Assembly (NCBI GenBank): GCA_049840675.1
Contig: JASGKB010000013.1
Coordinates: 27,288-91,287, forward strand
Direction: 5' to 3'
DNA: 64,000 nucleotides
From: Pirellulales bacterium
GTDB lineage: Bacteria; Planctomycetota; Planctomycetia; Pirellulales; PNKZ01
Part shown: in pieces, positions 53,203 through 62,722 of the stretch
Layout of the letters: each line of letters starts with the position of its first letter
Position numbering within the stretch: the stretch's first letter is position 1
Position numbers and translations under genes: made by a program
The notes under the pieces: model-generated
The model's input: only the letters and a program-made list of their open reading frames with translations
The model's database searches: none
What the model was told of the DNA's origin: nothing

Positions 53203-53518
53203 GGCAAACCTATCGGCAAAGTGCGGCGATATTTCAGGGCTGCGGCGGGGCAAGCAATGTCGTCACCATAACTCGGCGGCAGGCGTAAGTCGTACGGATT
53301 CGTCTGCGCGACGTGATTGCACGGTCTCGCGATAGGCTTGCGTGCAGGGCTGCTTCGAATCCCGTCGATTTTGCGAGAGCTGGGGATGTTTTGAGTGCCG
53401 GCGTCGGGCTGCGGAAGCCGTTGAACAACCCACGGCAATCTGCGATACTCACAGCCTCGTCGTGGTGGCAGGCGTCGACCGAACAGGTTTGACGTTCTTG
53501 CCGCAGATCAGACGTACT

Positions 53519-53593
53519 CGGGGCGTGGCGCAGACTGGCTAGCGCGCTTGCATGGGGTGCAAGAGGTCGCAGGTTCAAATCCTGTCGCCCCGA
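53519..53593 (+). tRNA. tRNA-Pro (anticodon GGG)
   Basis: Hand-folded cloverleaf, 75 nt, no encoded CCA. Acceptor CGGGGCG/CGCCCCG, D stem GCGC/GCGC, anticodon stem CTTGC/GCAAG, loop A-T-GGG-G-T (G37), variable loop AGGTC, T arm GCAGG-TTCAAAT-CCTGT, discriminator A. Confidence 0.85.
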
Positions 53594-53707
53594 CTTAGTC
53601 CGAAGTATCGCTGAAACGTAGACTTACGTTACCTCTCGACGGTCGAGAGTGCGGCTCAGAATCCCCTGAAGATTTCCGTCACTGACGGAATTCGGGAGAA
53701 CCGCACC

Positions 53708-54973
53708 ATGTCGAACCGTTTGCCGAAGCTTTGCTTCCACAAGGCCACCGGCCGCTTCTACGTCACTCTCTCCGACCGGGAAATCTACCTCGGCACTCAT
53801 CGCAAAACGGCGGCGGTCGAGTGCGACCGCGTCGTCGGAGAATGGCTTGCCAACGGCCGCCGCTTGCCGTCCGGCTCCGGAGGTCCTACAGATCTTTCAA
53901 TCACCGAACTGCTCGATGCATTTCGGGCCCATGCCGAAGCCTATTACCGATTGCCAAGCGGTGATCCGACCAGCGAGTTGGAATGGATTGCCTCGTCGGT
54001 TCGGCCGCTGCGACGCCTCTACGGCAAAACCCAAGCTCGCGAATTCGGCCCCTTGGCGCTGGAGGTGGTCCGCAACGAGTTCGTGCGGCAAGGCTACGTA
54101 CGCAGTGCGATCAATGCTCGAGTCGACCGGATCCGGCGGGTCTTCCGCTGGGGAGTCAGCAAAGAACTCATCCCCGCGGCCATCTACGATGCCCTGCGTG
54201 CCCTACCAGGACTGCGGCGCGGTCGGACCGATGCCCGGGAGCGAAAGCCGATTCGCGCGGTAGCGGACGCCGTCGTGGAAGCCACGCTGTCGCATCTTTC
54301 GCCCGTTGTGGCCGATATGGTTCGTCTGCAACGCCTCACAGGGGCTCGGCCCGGCGAGATGTGCCTCATGCGCCCCTGCGACATTGACCGCTCGGGCGAA
54401 GTTTGGATTTATCGACCGCTCCGCCACAAGACGGAGCATCATGGCCAAGAGCGAACGATTCTGATCGGACCCAAGGCCCAGGATTTGCTCCGTCCGTATT
54501 TGCTCCGCGATCCCGAGGCATTCTGCTTTGTGCCGGCCGAGAGCGAGCGTAAACGCCGTGAGCGAATGCACGAAGCTCGGACGACACCGATCGGCTACGG
54601 CAACCGGCCGGGAACCAATCGGGCGGCTCATGCAAAGCGACCTGCCGGCGGACGCTATACGACGACCAGCTACAACCGGGCCATTGCTCGAGGGTGTGAA
54701 GCGGCGTTCGCGATGCCGAAGGAACTACGCAAGATCGCCACAAAGCTTGAAGACGCGGAGAAGGCTCAGCGCCAGACGCTTGCAAGTGAGTGGCGTGCCG
54801 AGCATTGCTGGTCGCCTAACCAGTTGCGGCACGCTTGTGCGACCGAATTGCGCCGCCGCTTTGGAATCGAGTCCGCTCGGTTGATCCTCGGCCACACAGA
54901 TGTCGGCACGACGCAAATCTATGCCGAGGCGGACTTTAAGGCCGCTGCAGCGTTCATCACGCAGGTCGGTTGA
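53708..54973 (+). CDS. Tyrosine recombinase / phage-type integrase
   Basis: Intact 421 aa. Catalytic-domain motifs: LTGARPGEMCLMR (Arg I), NQLRHACATELRR (HxxR region), LGHTDVGTTQIYAE (His..Tyr). Confidence 0.85.
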   Translation: MSNRLPKLCFHKATGRFYVTLSDREIYLGTHRKTAAVECDRVVGEWLANGRRLPSGSGGPTDLSITELLDAFRAHAEAYYRLPSGDPTSELEWIASSVRPLRRLYGKTQAREFGPLALEVVRNEFVRQGYVRSAINARVDRIRRVFRWGVSKELIPAAIYDALRALPGLRRGRTDARERKPIRAVADAVVEATLSHLSPVVADMVRLQRLTGARPGEMCLMRPCDIDRSGEVWIYRPLRHKTEHHGQERTILIGPKAQDLLRPYLLRDPEAFCFVPAESERKRRERMHEARTTPIGYGNRPGTNRAAHAKRPAGGRYTTTSYNRAIARGCEAAFAMPKELRKIATKLEDAEKAQRQTLASEWRAEHCWSPNQLRHACATELRRRFGIESARLILGHTDVGTTQIYAEADFKAAAAFITQVG

Positions 54974-55089
54974 AGCTTGGACGCTAGGGGGCTGTGCGCG
55001 GTGAAGCAACTACGCATAGCATGATCACTCGTTCTTTCGTTAGATCGAGTGTCAATTCACGAGGCCTTGCGCCCACCGACGTGTAACGA

Positions 55090-55959
55090 ATGCTTCAAAT
55101 CTTGAACTTGGATGACGTTTGCAATCGATTTTTTATACGTGCAGAGCAACATCGTTGCCTTCGATTGGCGTCCGCAGCGCTCGACAAAGCAGAACTAGCG
55201 CTAACAGCGCGACGTTGTTTAGCACGGATCAACGATCCGAAAAGTCGCCCCCGAAAGTTGCCGGCTGCGCTTCGTGTCATCAAGTCCACTCGGGCTCAAG
55301 CCAAAAAGGCGATGGATTCGCTAGTCGCAAACGCATATCAGTCAGCCTCCGCGATGGGTTTCGAAATCAGTCAACTGTTGGCAATTTCGGGATGGCCATC
55401 CGACTGGAATACTATTCGATTGGCGTTTACGTCGCTGTCGGCGGCCCTCGTTGGAGGAGACGGCGCCGCATTGTGTGAACGGCTGCGTGTCGCCAATGGA
55501 GACCTTGCAGAACCTATCAAGCGAATTCGTGAGTCGATCATCAGCCTGAGTAGTTTGCTGAATTCAGCTGTCACACCAGATCTCGTGGAGAACTCACAGA
55601 CCGAACCGGCGGTACTAGGCCTGGAAGGCGATACCATTGACTCGCCTTCAGGCGTCCTTCGCTCGGACCTCATTTGGACTGAATCAGCAGGATATGGAAT
55701 TCTGAGGTTGGCTGACCGTGTGCTTAGGAGAATTCGCCTCAGTCGTCCGCCTGGTGATCAACAACGCATCCTAACGGCGTTTCAAGAGTTGGGTTGGCCA
55801 GTCGAAATAGACGATCCTCTCCCGCCGAAAGAAAGACGACCGCAAAAACGCAGGCTTCAAGATGCGGTGGGGCACCTGAATCGGAGCTTGAAACCCCTAT
55901 TACGGTTCCGAACTGTTAAGGACGCTACTGCCGTTGCACTGGATCTGGGCGGGCAGTAA
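55090..55959 (+). CDS. Island hypothetical protein (289 aa)
   Basis: Longest ORF in this low-GC stretch, with helical N-terminal two-thirds. The C-terminal ..QQRILTAFQELGWPVEIDDPLPP..RRLQDAVGHLNRSL may be a DNA-binding module. No family recognised. Confidence 0.4.
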   Translation: MLQILNLDDVCNRFFIRAEQHRCLRLASAALDKAELALTARRCLARINDPKSRPRKLPAALRVIKSTRAQAKKAMDSLVANAYQSASAMGFEISQLLAISGWPSDWNTIRLAFTSLSAALVGGDGAALCERLRVANGDLAEPIKRIRESIISLSSLLNSAVTPDLVENSQTEPAVLGLEGDTIDSPSGVLRSDLIWTESAGYGILRLADRVLRRIRLSRPPGDQQRILTAFQELGWPVEIDDPLPPKERRPQKRRLQDAVGHLNRSLKPLLRFRTVKDATAVALDLGGQ

Positions 55960-56051
55960 TCATGCGCGTACACGGCGCACATCTCGCGACACGTCGCGAT
56001 GTATCGGCAGTACGCGTTCTTTCGCAGAACTTCTCAAAGTGATCTGTCATT

Positions 56052-56387
56052 TTGAGGAGTCAAACCGTGATCGACGTGAACAATGAGCACCTTGTGCCGC
56101 TCGCCGAAGTCCCCTTACTTCTTCCGGCAAGCCGAAGCGGCCGCCCGGTCCATCTTTCTGCGATCTACCGCTGGGCAATGAAAGGCCTTAAGGGCATCCG
56201 GCTTGAAACACTTCAGTGTGCAGGCCGTCGCGTGACTTCGCGTGAGGCCTTAAGCCGATTCTTTGCCGCGCTCTCCGAGCAAGCCGGGCTCACCGAGCCC
56301 TCGACGCAAGCTCGGACTCGCAGTCCGGTCGCGCGGAAACGATCACACGAAATGGCCACTGCCAATCTCGAAGCCAAGAACTGGTGA
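56052..56387 (+). CDS. Small HTH protein (DUF1580 / excisionase-AlpA-like)
   Basis: 111 aa. LVPLAEVPLLLPASRSGRPVHLSAIYRWAMKGLKGIRLETLQCAGRRVTSREALSRFF matches the planctomycete DUF1580 pattern as I recall it. The alternative start is GTG 56067. Confidence 0.5.
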   Translation: MRSQTVIDVNNEHLVPLAEVPLLLPASRSGRPVHLSAIYRWAMKGLKGIRLETLQCAGRRVTSREALSRFFAALSEQAGLTEPSTQARTRSPVARKRSHEMATANLEAKNW

Positions 56388-57244
56388 TCGATCTTGTCTG
56401 TCGCTTGTCAATTCATCGCTGTTTGTTTGGTCAAGGTGCACATCGAACCAAGGAGAAATTCAGAAATTGCCATAAATCGATCCGATCGAAAACCCTCTGA
56501 TGGGAAACGGTAGTAGAAGTCAACACGCCGATTGCAAAGGCCAACTAGGTACCGCGACAAGTTGTTGACGAAATCCTTCGATGCTCCTCCAGTTGCAGGT
56601 GACGACGAACACAACTGGGCTCAGGACTCGACGCGGTGGGTGAAACCCGGATGCCGCGTTACCAAGGATCCGGGCGGTCGAAGCGACCGAAGGGCGGCGG
56701 AATATCGCCACCGACCCCGGCAATTGCCGGGGTCGGTCTGCGCTCCCTCGGGCAGCAGAATATTAGTAGCGACTTGGAAAGCCTGTTGTATCTTCAGTAA
56801 CAGGTAAAAACGGTCAAATAATCAAATCGACCAATTTCGCGATTTCAGATCCGTCATCGCTACCGCCAAAGTCGCGGTTTATTCTTGGTCGCTGCCATAG
56901 CAGCTATCTCCGGTCGATCCATCGGTAGTCGACTTGGACTCGCGACCCAAGCCCCGTTTGCTGTGAGCATGGAACACAGCTAAAGTTTGAGGGTCTCGAC
57001 TGCATTCGATTTTGAGACCACCTGGAGAATGCTGAACGGCCCGTGCGGGCCGACAATCCGAACTAGCGTGTGCTAGACCTGCTTCGTCCGAAACCGCCAA
57101 CTTGAGCCGCAAGGCTCTCGATTCATGGAAGCAGCATCATAGCCGCGCCCGAAAGGGGCGCTGGCCGATGCTGTTCCGTGAAGCCCCTTGGCGGGGGCCG
57201 GACGAGCGGCTCGGTTCAGCGCTCCGTTTCATTTGGGGTGCGAT

Positions 57245-57826
57245 ATGGCCAAGGAGTTCTATGTGAGAGTGATGGGGGCCGAAACCGGCCCCATGGACGC
57301 GGCCGAGTTGGTCACGATGGCGCGGGAAGGCCGAATCGGTCCCGATGATCACGTTCGGCGCGGCGCTGCAGGCGAATGGCGAGAAGCTTTGACCGTACAA
57401 GGCCTGTTTGATAAAGCTGCACCCGTGGCCACGGGCTATTCCAAAGCCCGGGCTGCGAACCCACAAGCCTTTCTGAACGAGCCCAGATCGCTTAGCACCT
57501 CTTTCAAAATCGCGATGTTTGTCATCGTTGCAAGCATTGTCGGCCTTGTCGTATTTGGAATGTTGCGACATCCGGAGGGAACGGCGTCAGGTGCGATTTC
57601 CAGAGCTCAGGAGCTCGTCCGTGATCGCCTCAAAGTGCCCAGCAAGGCCGAGTTCATCGCCGATTCAATTGTGGCCAAGCATGAAGGACAAGGGCTTTGG
57701 CAAGTGCGAGGTGAAGTGGATGCCCCAAATGCTCTCGGCATACCACTCCGACACAACTGGTTTGTTGATTTGAAGTACGCTGATGGCCAGTGGAAGGTTA
57801 AGGAGGTGCAAGTAATCGCTAGATAG
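57245..57826 (+). CDS. GYF_2 (DUF4339)-domain single-TM protein
   Basis: ATG 57245. N-terminal FYVRVMGAETGPMDAAELVTMAREGRIGPDDHVRRGAAGEWREALTVQGLF, TM helix IAMFVIVASIVGLVVFGML, then a C-terminal beta-rich domain. Confidence 0.55.
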   Translation: MAKEFYVRVMGAETGPMDAAELVTMAREGRIGPDDHVRRGAAGEWREALTVQGLFDKAAPVATGYSKARAANPQAFLNEPRSLSTSFKIAMFVIVASIVGLVVFGMLRHPEGTASGAISRAQELVRDRLKVPSKAEFIADSIVAKHEGQGLWQVRGEVDAPNALGIPLRHNWFVDLKYADGQWKVKEVQVIAR

Positions 57827-57979
57827 AAGAACCTCGTTTGCAAAACACGATCAATTCTGTGCTTATTCCATTACGTTCAAATGACTTACGAAGGATGTGA
57901 GTTCGGAGGCGACCAAACGTGGGCCCATAAATCAACTATGCAATAGCGCAAGCCGAATCTGCCAAAGGCATTCCGTCAT

Positions 57980-58180
57980 TCATGCACAGATTATCGAAGG
58001 AGATCCCGCGAACTTGCCGATTCGCTGCGCCAATCGGCGTGCGTGCTGCTTGGAATGGACGAAAAGGCCCCGGCGGCGATTTTCACGCCGAACGAGGCGG
58101 AGGCTGGCTTGAACCATGCGGCGCATCGTCGTGGGGTCGTCGACGAGCAAGACGGTTTTTGATTCATTAGCCATCGACAC
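57980..58180 (-). pseudogene. Possible remnant of a response-regulator receiver domain (N-terminal strand only)
   Basis: MANESKTVLLVDDPTTMRRMVQASL resembles the first beta-strand/DD motif of REC domains. No frame gives a recognisable continuation downstream. Confidence 0.25.
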
Positions 58181-58499
58181 GGACGTACTCAGAAAACAGC
58201 TCCCTTACAGGCGCAAACTGCCCACCCGGTCGATCGCCAATGCGCGGTGACCAGGAGATACTTAGAGTAATTACTCCAAATCCCGATTTTAGTCACAAAG
58301 CCCAGGGAAGCTATCGAAACGGCGAGAATGCGTAGCTTTTTGAGTAGATGTAGTACGTTCTTGCTTCTGCCGTGCCGCAGCTGCCGGCATGCAGTTCTTC
58401 GAGATTGGAAATTTGTAGGGATGGAGCGGCGGCCGATCATGCGATTCCCCCATTCAGCCGATTCGCTAGATAGTCCTTACATCGGGCGGTGTCATTCCT

Positions 58500-59663
58500 A
58501 TGCGATTAGCTGCATTCGCGACGTATTGCTTATGTGCCGCTTTGGCATGGCAGGCACAGAATTATGCGGCCGGGCTTGAGCCCGACTTCGAACCGTTCGC
58601 ACGGCAGGCGACCGACGCCGGCGCAGAAGAGTTCGATCTCGTGGAGTGTTGCGCAATCTGCCGACAGAAAGCGGCCGGCGGCGCGCTGAAGCCGTGGTCG
58701 TTCGCACTGACGCAAACGACGGATTACGGCACGAGCCTCGCGCTGCCGATCGGGCTGACGCCGTCGAACGTGCTTTTGTCGCCGGTGGGTAATCCCGCGC
58801 AAGCCGGCATTCTCACGCTCGGGCAGGCGGAAACGCTCGGCATCCTCGGCAACCTCGGTCTTGCACCGGTGCCGCCGAGCAACGACGTGCAGGGCGTGTT
58901 TGAAGACGATTTTCAATTTCAAACCACGGCCGCCACGAGCTACCAGCGGCAACTCGGCGATTACGGCGTGCTGACGGCAAGCTACAGCTTCTATCAGAAC
59001 ATGCACCCGGACGTCGACGAGCTCGATCTACAAAGCCACACGCCGACGGTGCAACATGCGATTCAACTCACCGACCGCGTGACGCTGACGAACTACTACA
59101 CGTATTCGTACTACTTTCTGTCGGGCAGTTCGTTCGTGAGCCAGAACCGCATCGGCAGCACGGCCCTGCTGCGGGCCAACGATCTTTGGGATTTGAGCTT
59201 GGGGACGAACTACTCCAACGCGAACTTTCGCGGCGGCTCCACGTTTCTCAATTCCGATAATTACGCGGGCACGCTGGAAGCCACTCGGTATCTCGACGAC
59301 AACCGCAACAACTACGTGAAGGCCGGCTACGGCACCGGATACTCCGACGCCGTGTTCCGCGGGTTCGCGTATCAGGTGAACAACATCTACGCGATCATTC
59401 GCTTTCTCTACGGCGACGAGAACCGCAATGAAGTGCGACTGACCGGCGGCTACGGCCGATACGATTTCATCGGCGCCGATCCGATTCAATCGAACATTTT
59501 CCGAGCCGACAATTTGTACAACGCCGGGCTCTTTTACGGCCGCAAGATCGGCGACAACTGGCAGCTCTTCGCACAGTACACGTATCTGAAGAGCAACTCG
59601 AACGTGTCGCGGCAGCTCTACAATTCGGATCTGGTATCACTGGGCGTGACCTACGCACGCTAG
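58500..59663 (+). CDS. Outer-membrane beta-barrel protein (porin-like), unknown family
   Basis: Signal MRLAAFATYCLCAALAWQAQNYAA, then an alternating Tyr/Asn/Gly-rich beta-strand pattern throughout (..YSFYQNM.., ..NYYTYSYYF.., ..LFAQYTYLKSN.., ..LVSLGVTYAR). Confidence 0.5.
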   Translation: MRLAAFATYCLCAALAWQAQNYAAGLEPDFEPFARQATDAGAEEFDLVECCAICRQKAAGGALKPWSFALTQTTDYGTSLALPIGLTPSNVLLSPVGNPAQAGILTLGQAETLGILGNLGLAPVPPSNDVQGVFEDDFQFQTTAATSYQRQLGDYGVLTASYSFYQNMHPDVDELDLQSHTPTVQHAIQLTDRVTLTNYYTYSYYFLSGSSFVSQNRIGSTALLRANDLWDLSLGTNYSNANFRGGSTFLNSDNYAGTLEATRYLDDNRNNYVKAGYGTGYSDAVFRGFAYQVNNIYAIIRFLYGDENRNEVRLTGGYGRYDFIGADPIQSNIFRADNLYNAGLFYGRKIGDNWQLFAQYTYLKSNSNVSRQLYNSDLVSLGVTYAR

Positions 59664-59694
59664 ATCGGCCGTGACTCGCGGTCACAGCTACCCC

Positions 59695-59731
59695 AAAAAA
59701 CAAAACTAGCCGCGTCGAAAGACGCGGCTAG
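59695..59731 (-). terminator. Rho-independent terminator of the PDZ/11-mer-repeat gene
   Basis: On the minus strand: ctagccgcgtc-tttc-gacgcggctag (11-bp stem) followed by ttttgtttttt, 34 nt after the stop at 59765. Confidence 0.6.
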
Positions 59732-59764
59732 TAGGACACCCTTCAACACGGGTACTGGGGGGAA

Positions 59765-61966
59765 CTAAAGCTTGGCGAGCGAGGCTTCGATTTCGGCTCG
59801 CAAAATCGCCAGACGACTGCGAATAGCGGCGTCAACTTGCGGCTCAATGTCGCTAAGATCCTCGCGGATGCCGGCCAGTTTGGTCCGTACATCCTGCAGG
59901 CGAGCGCGGGCCTGCTCGACGGTTTCGCCGGCGCGATCCTTCACCCCATCGCGCAGGTCGACGACTTTCTCTTGGACAGCTGCGAGTTTATCGTGCACCG
60001 CGCCCTTTGTGTCGTCGGCAAGTTCCGTAAGCTTCGCATCGAGCCCCTCGACGCTTCCTCGCACGTCAGCCAGCTTTTGGTTGAGCGCCGTGACGTTGTC
60101 GTCGACAGTCGTCATGGCCCGGCCAGTGGCGCCGGCCACCGCATCCTGCGCCTTAGAGTCGACGTTCTTGATCGTCGTGTCGACGAGCCCAGACGCATTG
60201 TTGACGATCGCATTCGCTTTGGCGGCGGCCGTATCGACGGCGTCGTTGGCCTTCGCACCGGCCGCCACAACCGTTTGGTCGACCCGTTCGATCGTGGCCG
60301 AGGTCGCGTTGGAAGCGTTGTTTACGGCACGATTGGCCGTAGCCACGGCGCCATCGACGGCCTCGTTCACTTTACCGGCGGCTTTCGCGGCGATGTCGTC
60401 GATGCCGCCGATCCTATTCTCCGCGAGTTCGTCAACGCGTCGAATCGTCGCATCGATCTTTTCGCGCAAGTTCGTCACGTGGTCGCGTACGTCGTCGGCG
60501 GTATCACGAGCAATGTCATCGACGCGAGCGCGAAGATCGCCGAGGCGGGCGCGCACGTCCGACAACTTTTGCTTTGTCGTATCGACCGAGTCGTCGACTT
60601 TGTCGGCGGCGGTCGAACGAACTTCATCGACCGTTTGGCGAATGGCGACAAGTTTGGCCCGGGCGATGCCTTGAGCCGAGTCGATCGTGGTTTGCAACTG
60701 ATCTTTCACGCCGTCGAGATCTTGACGAACTTGGTCGGCAACTTGGCGGACATTCGCTTTCGCATCATCGACGCTGCGTGCGGCCGCGGCGCTCGTGTTG
60801 TCGACCGTAACTTTCGCGGCGCTGACGGCGTTAGCGACGGTTGCCTTCGCCGCATCGGCCGCATTGCCGACGACGCCGGAGGCTGTGTCGGTAGTCGACT
60901 CCGCCGTGCGGCGGACGTTGGCGATTTGATCCCCGACGGCTTGCTTGGCACTGGCGACCGTACCGGCGGCGGAATCCGCCGTATTGGCGACGACGCTCTT
61001 AGAACTGTCGAGCGTATTGCGAGCGACTTCGTCGATTTGGCCGGCAAGCCGTTCGATGTCGCTGCGGAGATCGATGATGCGCTCGTGGACGTCGTCCGCC
61101 GTGTTTTGCGCGATATCGTCGAGTCGATTGCGAACGTCGGCTACCTTGCCGCGGAGACCGTCGACACGGGAGCGCCGCCTGTTCGGCCGTTTCTTGAACC
61201 TTGGAACCGAGGTTCTCGCGGATGTTCGCCAAGTCGTCGCGCACGGTCGTCAGACGTTGCTGAACTTCCCCTTGCGTGCGAGCGACCAAGGCGGTCGCTT
61301 TGTCGATGGCCGGACCGACGTCGGCCGCGGCTTGCGACTTCAGTTGGGTAGCGGAGTCGAGGGCCGCTTGCCCGGTAAGATCGGCCGTAAGGTTGTACTC
61401 CCGGCCACCGCGTTGGATGGTAATCGCGGTGGACTGGCCCGCGTCCGCCGCCGCGTTCAAAGCGCCCACAAGGTCGGCGTGAGTGCGCACCTGTCGGCCG
61501 TCGATCGAGACGATCTGATCGCCGACTTGCAGACCCAGGTCTTGCGCCACGCTCCCGTCGTAGATGTTGGTGACCGTCAGCGAGGTGCCTCGCGCGCGAC
61601 TTGGACGCCCAGAGCGCCGCGTTTGGCGACGTCGAACGATTGGTTGACCGATGGAGTTGCATTACCGACGTTGTTCACGGCGGCGGCAGATTGGTTCACA
61701 GTCGAACGAGCAGGCTGCATGAGTTGCGAGCGATTGGGAAGCCGCTGCTGAACTTGGCCTGGCATGCTACGGAAGCTGTTAACAGGCCCACCAACATTGA
61801 TCGGCCCTAAACCTGGGCCGATCGAAGGGCCAATGCCGGGGCCGCCGACGCCGCCTAGTCCGAGACCACCCGGAACTTGCGCGTAAGCGGTCGCACTCAT
61901 GGCGCCCGCGGTGACAAATGCTGCCAATATCCGCCGGAAATCACTGCGAAAGTTGTGACGTTTCAT
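59765..61966 (-). CDS. Exported PDZ-domain protein with a tract of about 570 aa of 11-residue amphipathic-helix repeats (apolipoprotein/LEA-like); two frameshifts (about 61588 and 61166)
   Basis: Joins ORF 61577..61981 (signal MKRHNFRSDFRRILAAFVTAGAMSATAYAQ, Gly/Pro-rich region), ORF 60999..61550 (PDZ: LGVQVAR/GTSLTVTNIYDGSVAQDLGLQVGDQIVSIDGRQV..ITIQRGGRE) and an open, start-less frame 60710..61165 continuous with ORF 59765..60709. Confidence 0.6.
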
Positions 61967-62460
61967 CCCTGGACTCCTCACGCGAAACGTGTGTTGTTCG
62001 ATTCTTCCGACGGAGCTTACGAAGGACCGAAGCTCGCTGAGTCACCAATCGGAAGTTGTAGAAACCTCGTCAGCAAGCAGCGTGCCGCGGAATGCGAATG
62101 GAGTCCGAGCGGGTCGAGCGATGAATGACCACGCACAAAGACGGCTACGCGGCCGTTTGTTGTTGTGGAAAACCCGCAATCGTTCCGTATCAATTGACGC
62201 ATAATGCGGCGGAACGCCGCCCCGCTTCTCTGAAGTCGGCTGCAAGGTTGGCGGGCGGGAGCAATCGCATAACCGCCCCATATGACGTCCGCCACGAGTT
62301 ATTCCGCCCAGGACGAGACGAACAGTAGCGTGGCTCAAGCTTCGTCGGATCAACTTCGTTGAGTGTTAATCGATTCGTTCGAAGGTACATGACTTGCTTG
62401 GGTTCCGTCATGTCGGCTGGACCTGTACGGGCAGTGAGTTTTGACGACTGGGGGCGAGTC

Positions 62461-62658
62461 ATGGCGAAGAAGAAGTCGCGCAGGTACGGCAAAGCGGCCG
62501 GCAAGTCGGTGAAGAGCGCGATGCGTCGCAAGAAGAAAGGAACGCTCAAGAGCGGTTCCGGCCGGAAGGTGACGAGTCGCAAGCAGGCGATCGCCATCGG
62601 GCTGAGCGAAGCTCGCAAGAAGGGAGCCAAGGTTCCCAAAAAGAAAAGGAAGTCGTAG
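62461..62658 (+). CDS. Small highly basic protein (65 aa)
   Basis: ATG 62461 gives [65 protein letters not shown]. The listed upstream extension from 62359 looks non-coding. Confidence 0.5.
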   Translation: MAKKKSRRYGKAAGKSVKSAMRRKKKGTLKSGSGRKVTSRKQAIAIGLSEARKKGAKVPKKKRKS

Positions 62659-62722
62659 CGGCGGGCTCGACGAAGTGGCATGCCTTCGTCGTCACGCATT
62701 GATTCCTTCACGGAGTGCGACG

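Larger units (their letters stand above)
53594..58450. mobile_element. Integrase-associated genomic island at the 3' side of tRNA-Pro; right boundary not defined
   Basis: A tyrosine integrase gene starts 114 nt after the tRNA, in the same orientation. From about 55000 to 58450 the sequence is visibly AT-richer and gene-poor compared with the flanks. I could not find a convincing direct repeat of the tRNA 3' end by eye. Confidence 0.45.

Noticed and set aside
55094-55104. ttcaaatcttg, matching 10 of 11 nt of the tRNA T-loop region
   Set aside because: It is short, lies inside the first codons of an ORF only 120 nt from the integrase stop, and would delimit an island containing nothing but the integrase.
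56879-57112. 77-aa minus-strand ORF and 91-aa + strand ORF (56532..56807) in the island gap
   Set aside because: Neither has a recognisable motif or a plausible ribosome-binding context, and both are crossed by strong hairpins. I treat the region as non-coding pending data.
58181-58190. A 9-nt match (gacgtactc) to the sequence immediately 5' of the tRNA (53511..53519)
   Set aside because: It lies on the wrong side of the tRNA for a 3'-end integration repeat, and 9 nt is within chance expectation for a 64-kb window.
58276-58294. ccaaatcccgattttagtc as a degenerate copy of the tRNA-Pro 3' end plus flank (caaatcctgtcgccccgacttagtc), i.e. a candidate attR
   Set aside because: It needs a 7-nt deletion and extra mismatches, which is too weak to call by eye. 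It is left as a position to test computationally.
59772-61351. Two long + strand ORFs (300 aa and 504 aa) across the 11-mer-repeat gene
   Set aside because: They are antisense to a periodic, signal-peptide-bearing PDZ protein that has its own terminator. Their translations are Ser/Ala/Arg-rich and lack domain features.
60700-61400. Possible tandem DNA repeat or CRISPR-like periodicity in the 11-mer-repeat region
   Set aside because: The periodicity is at the amino-acid level only. The nucleotide units are not conserved, and there are no spacer/repeat alternation or cas genes.
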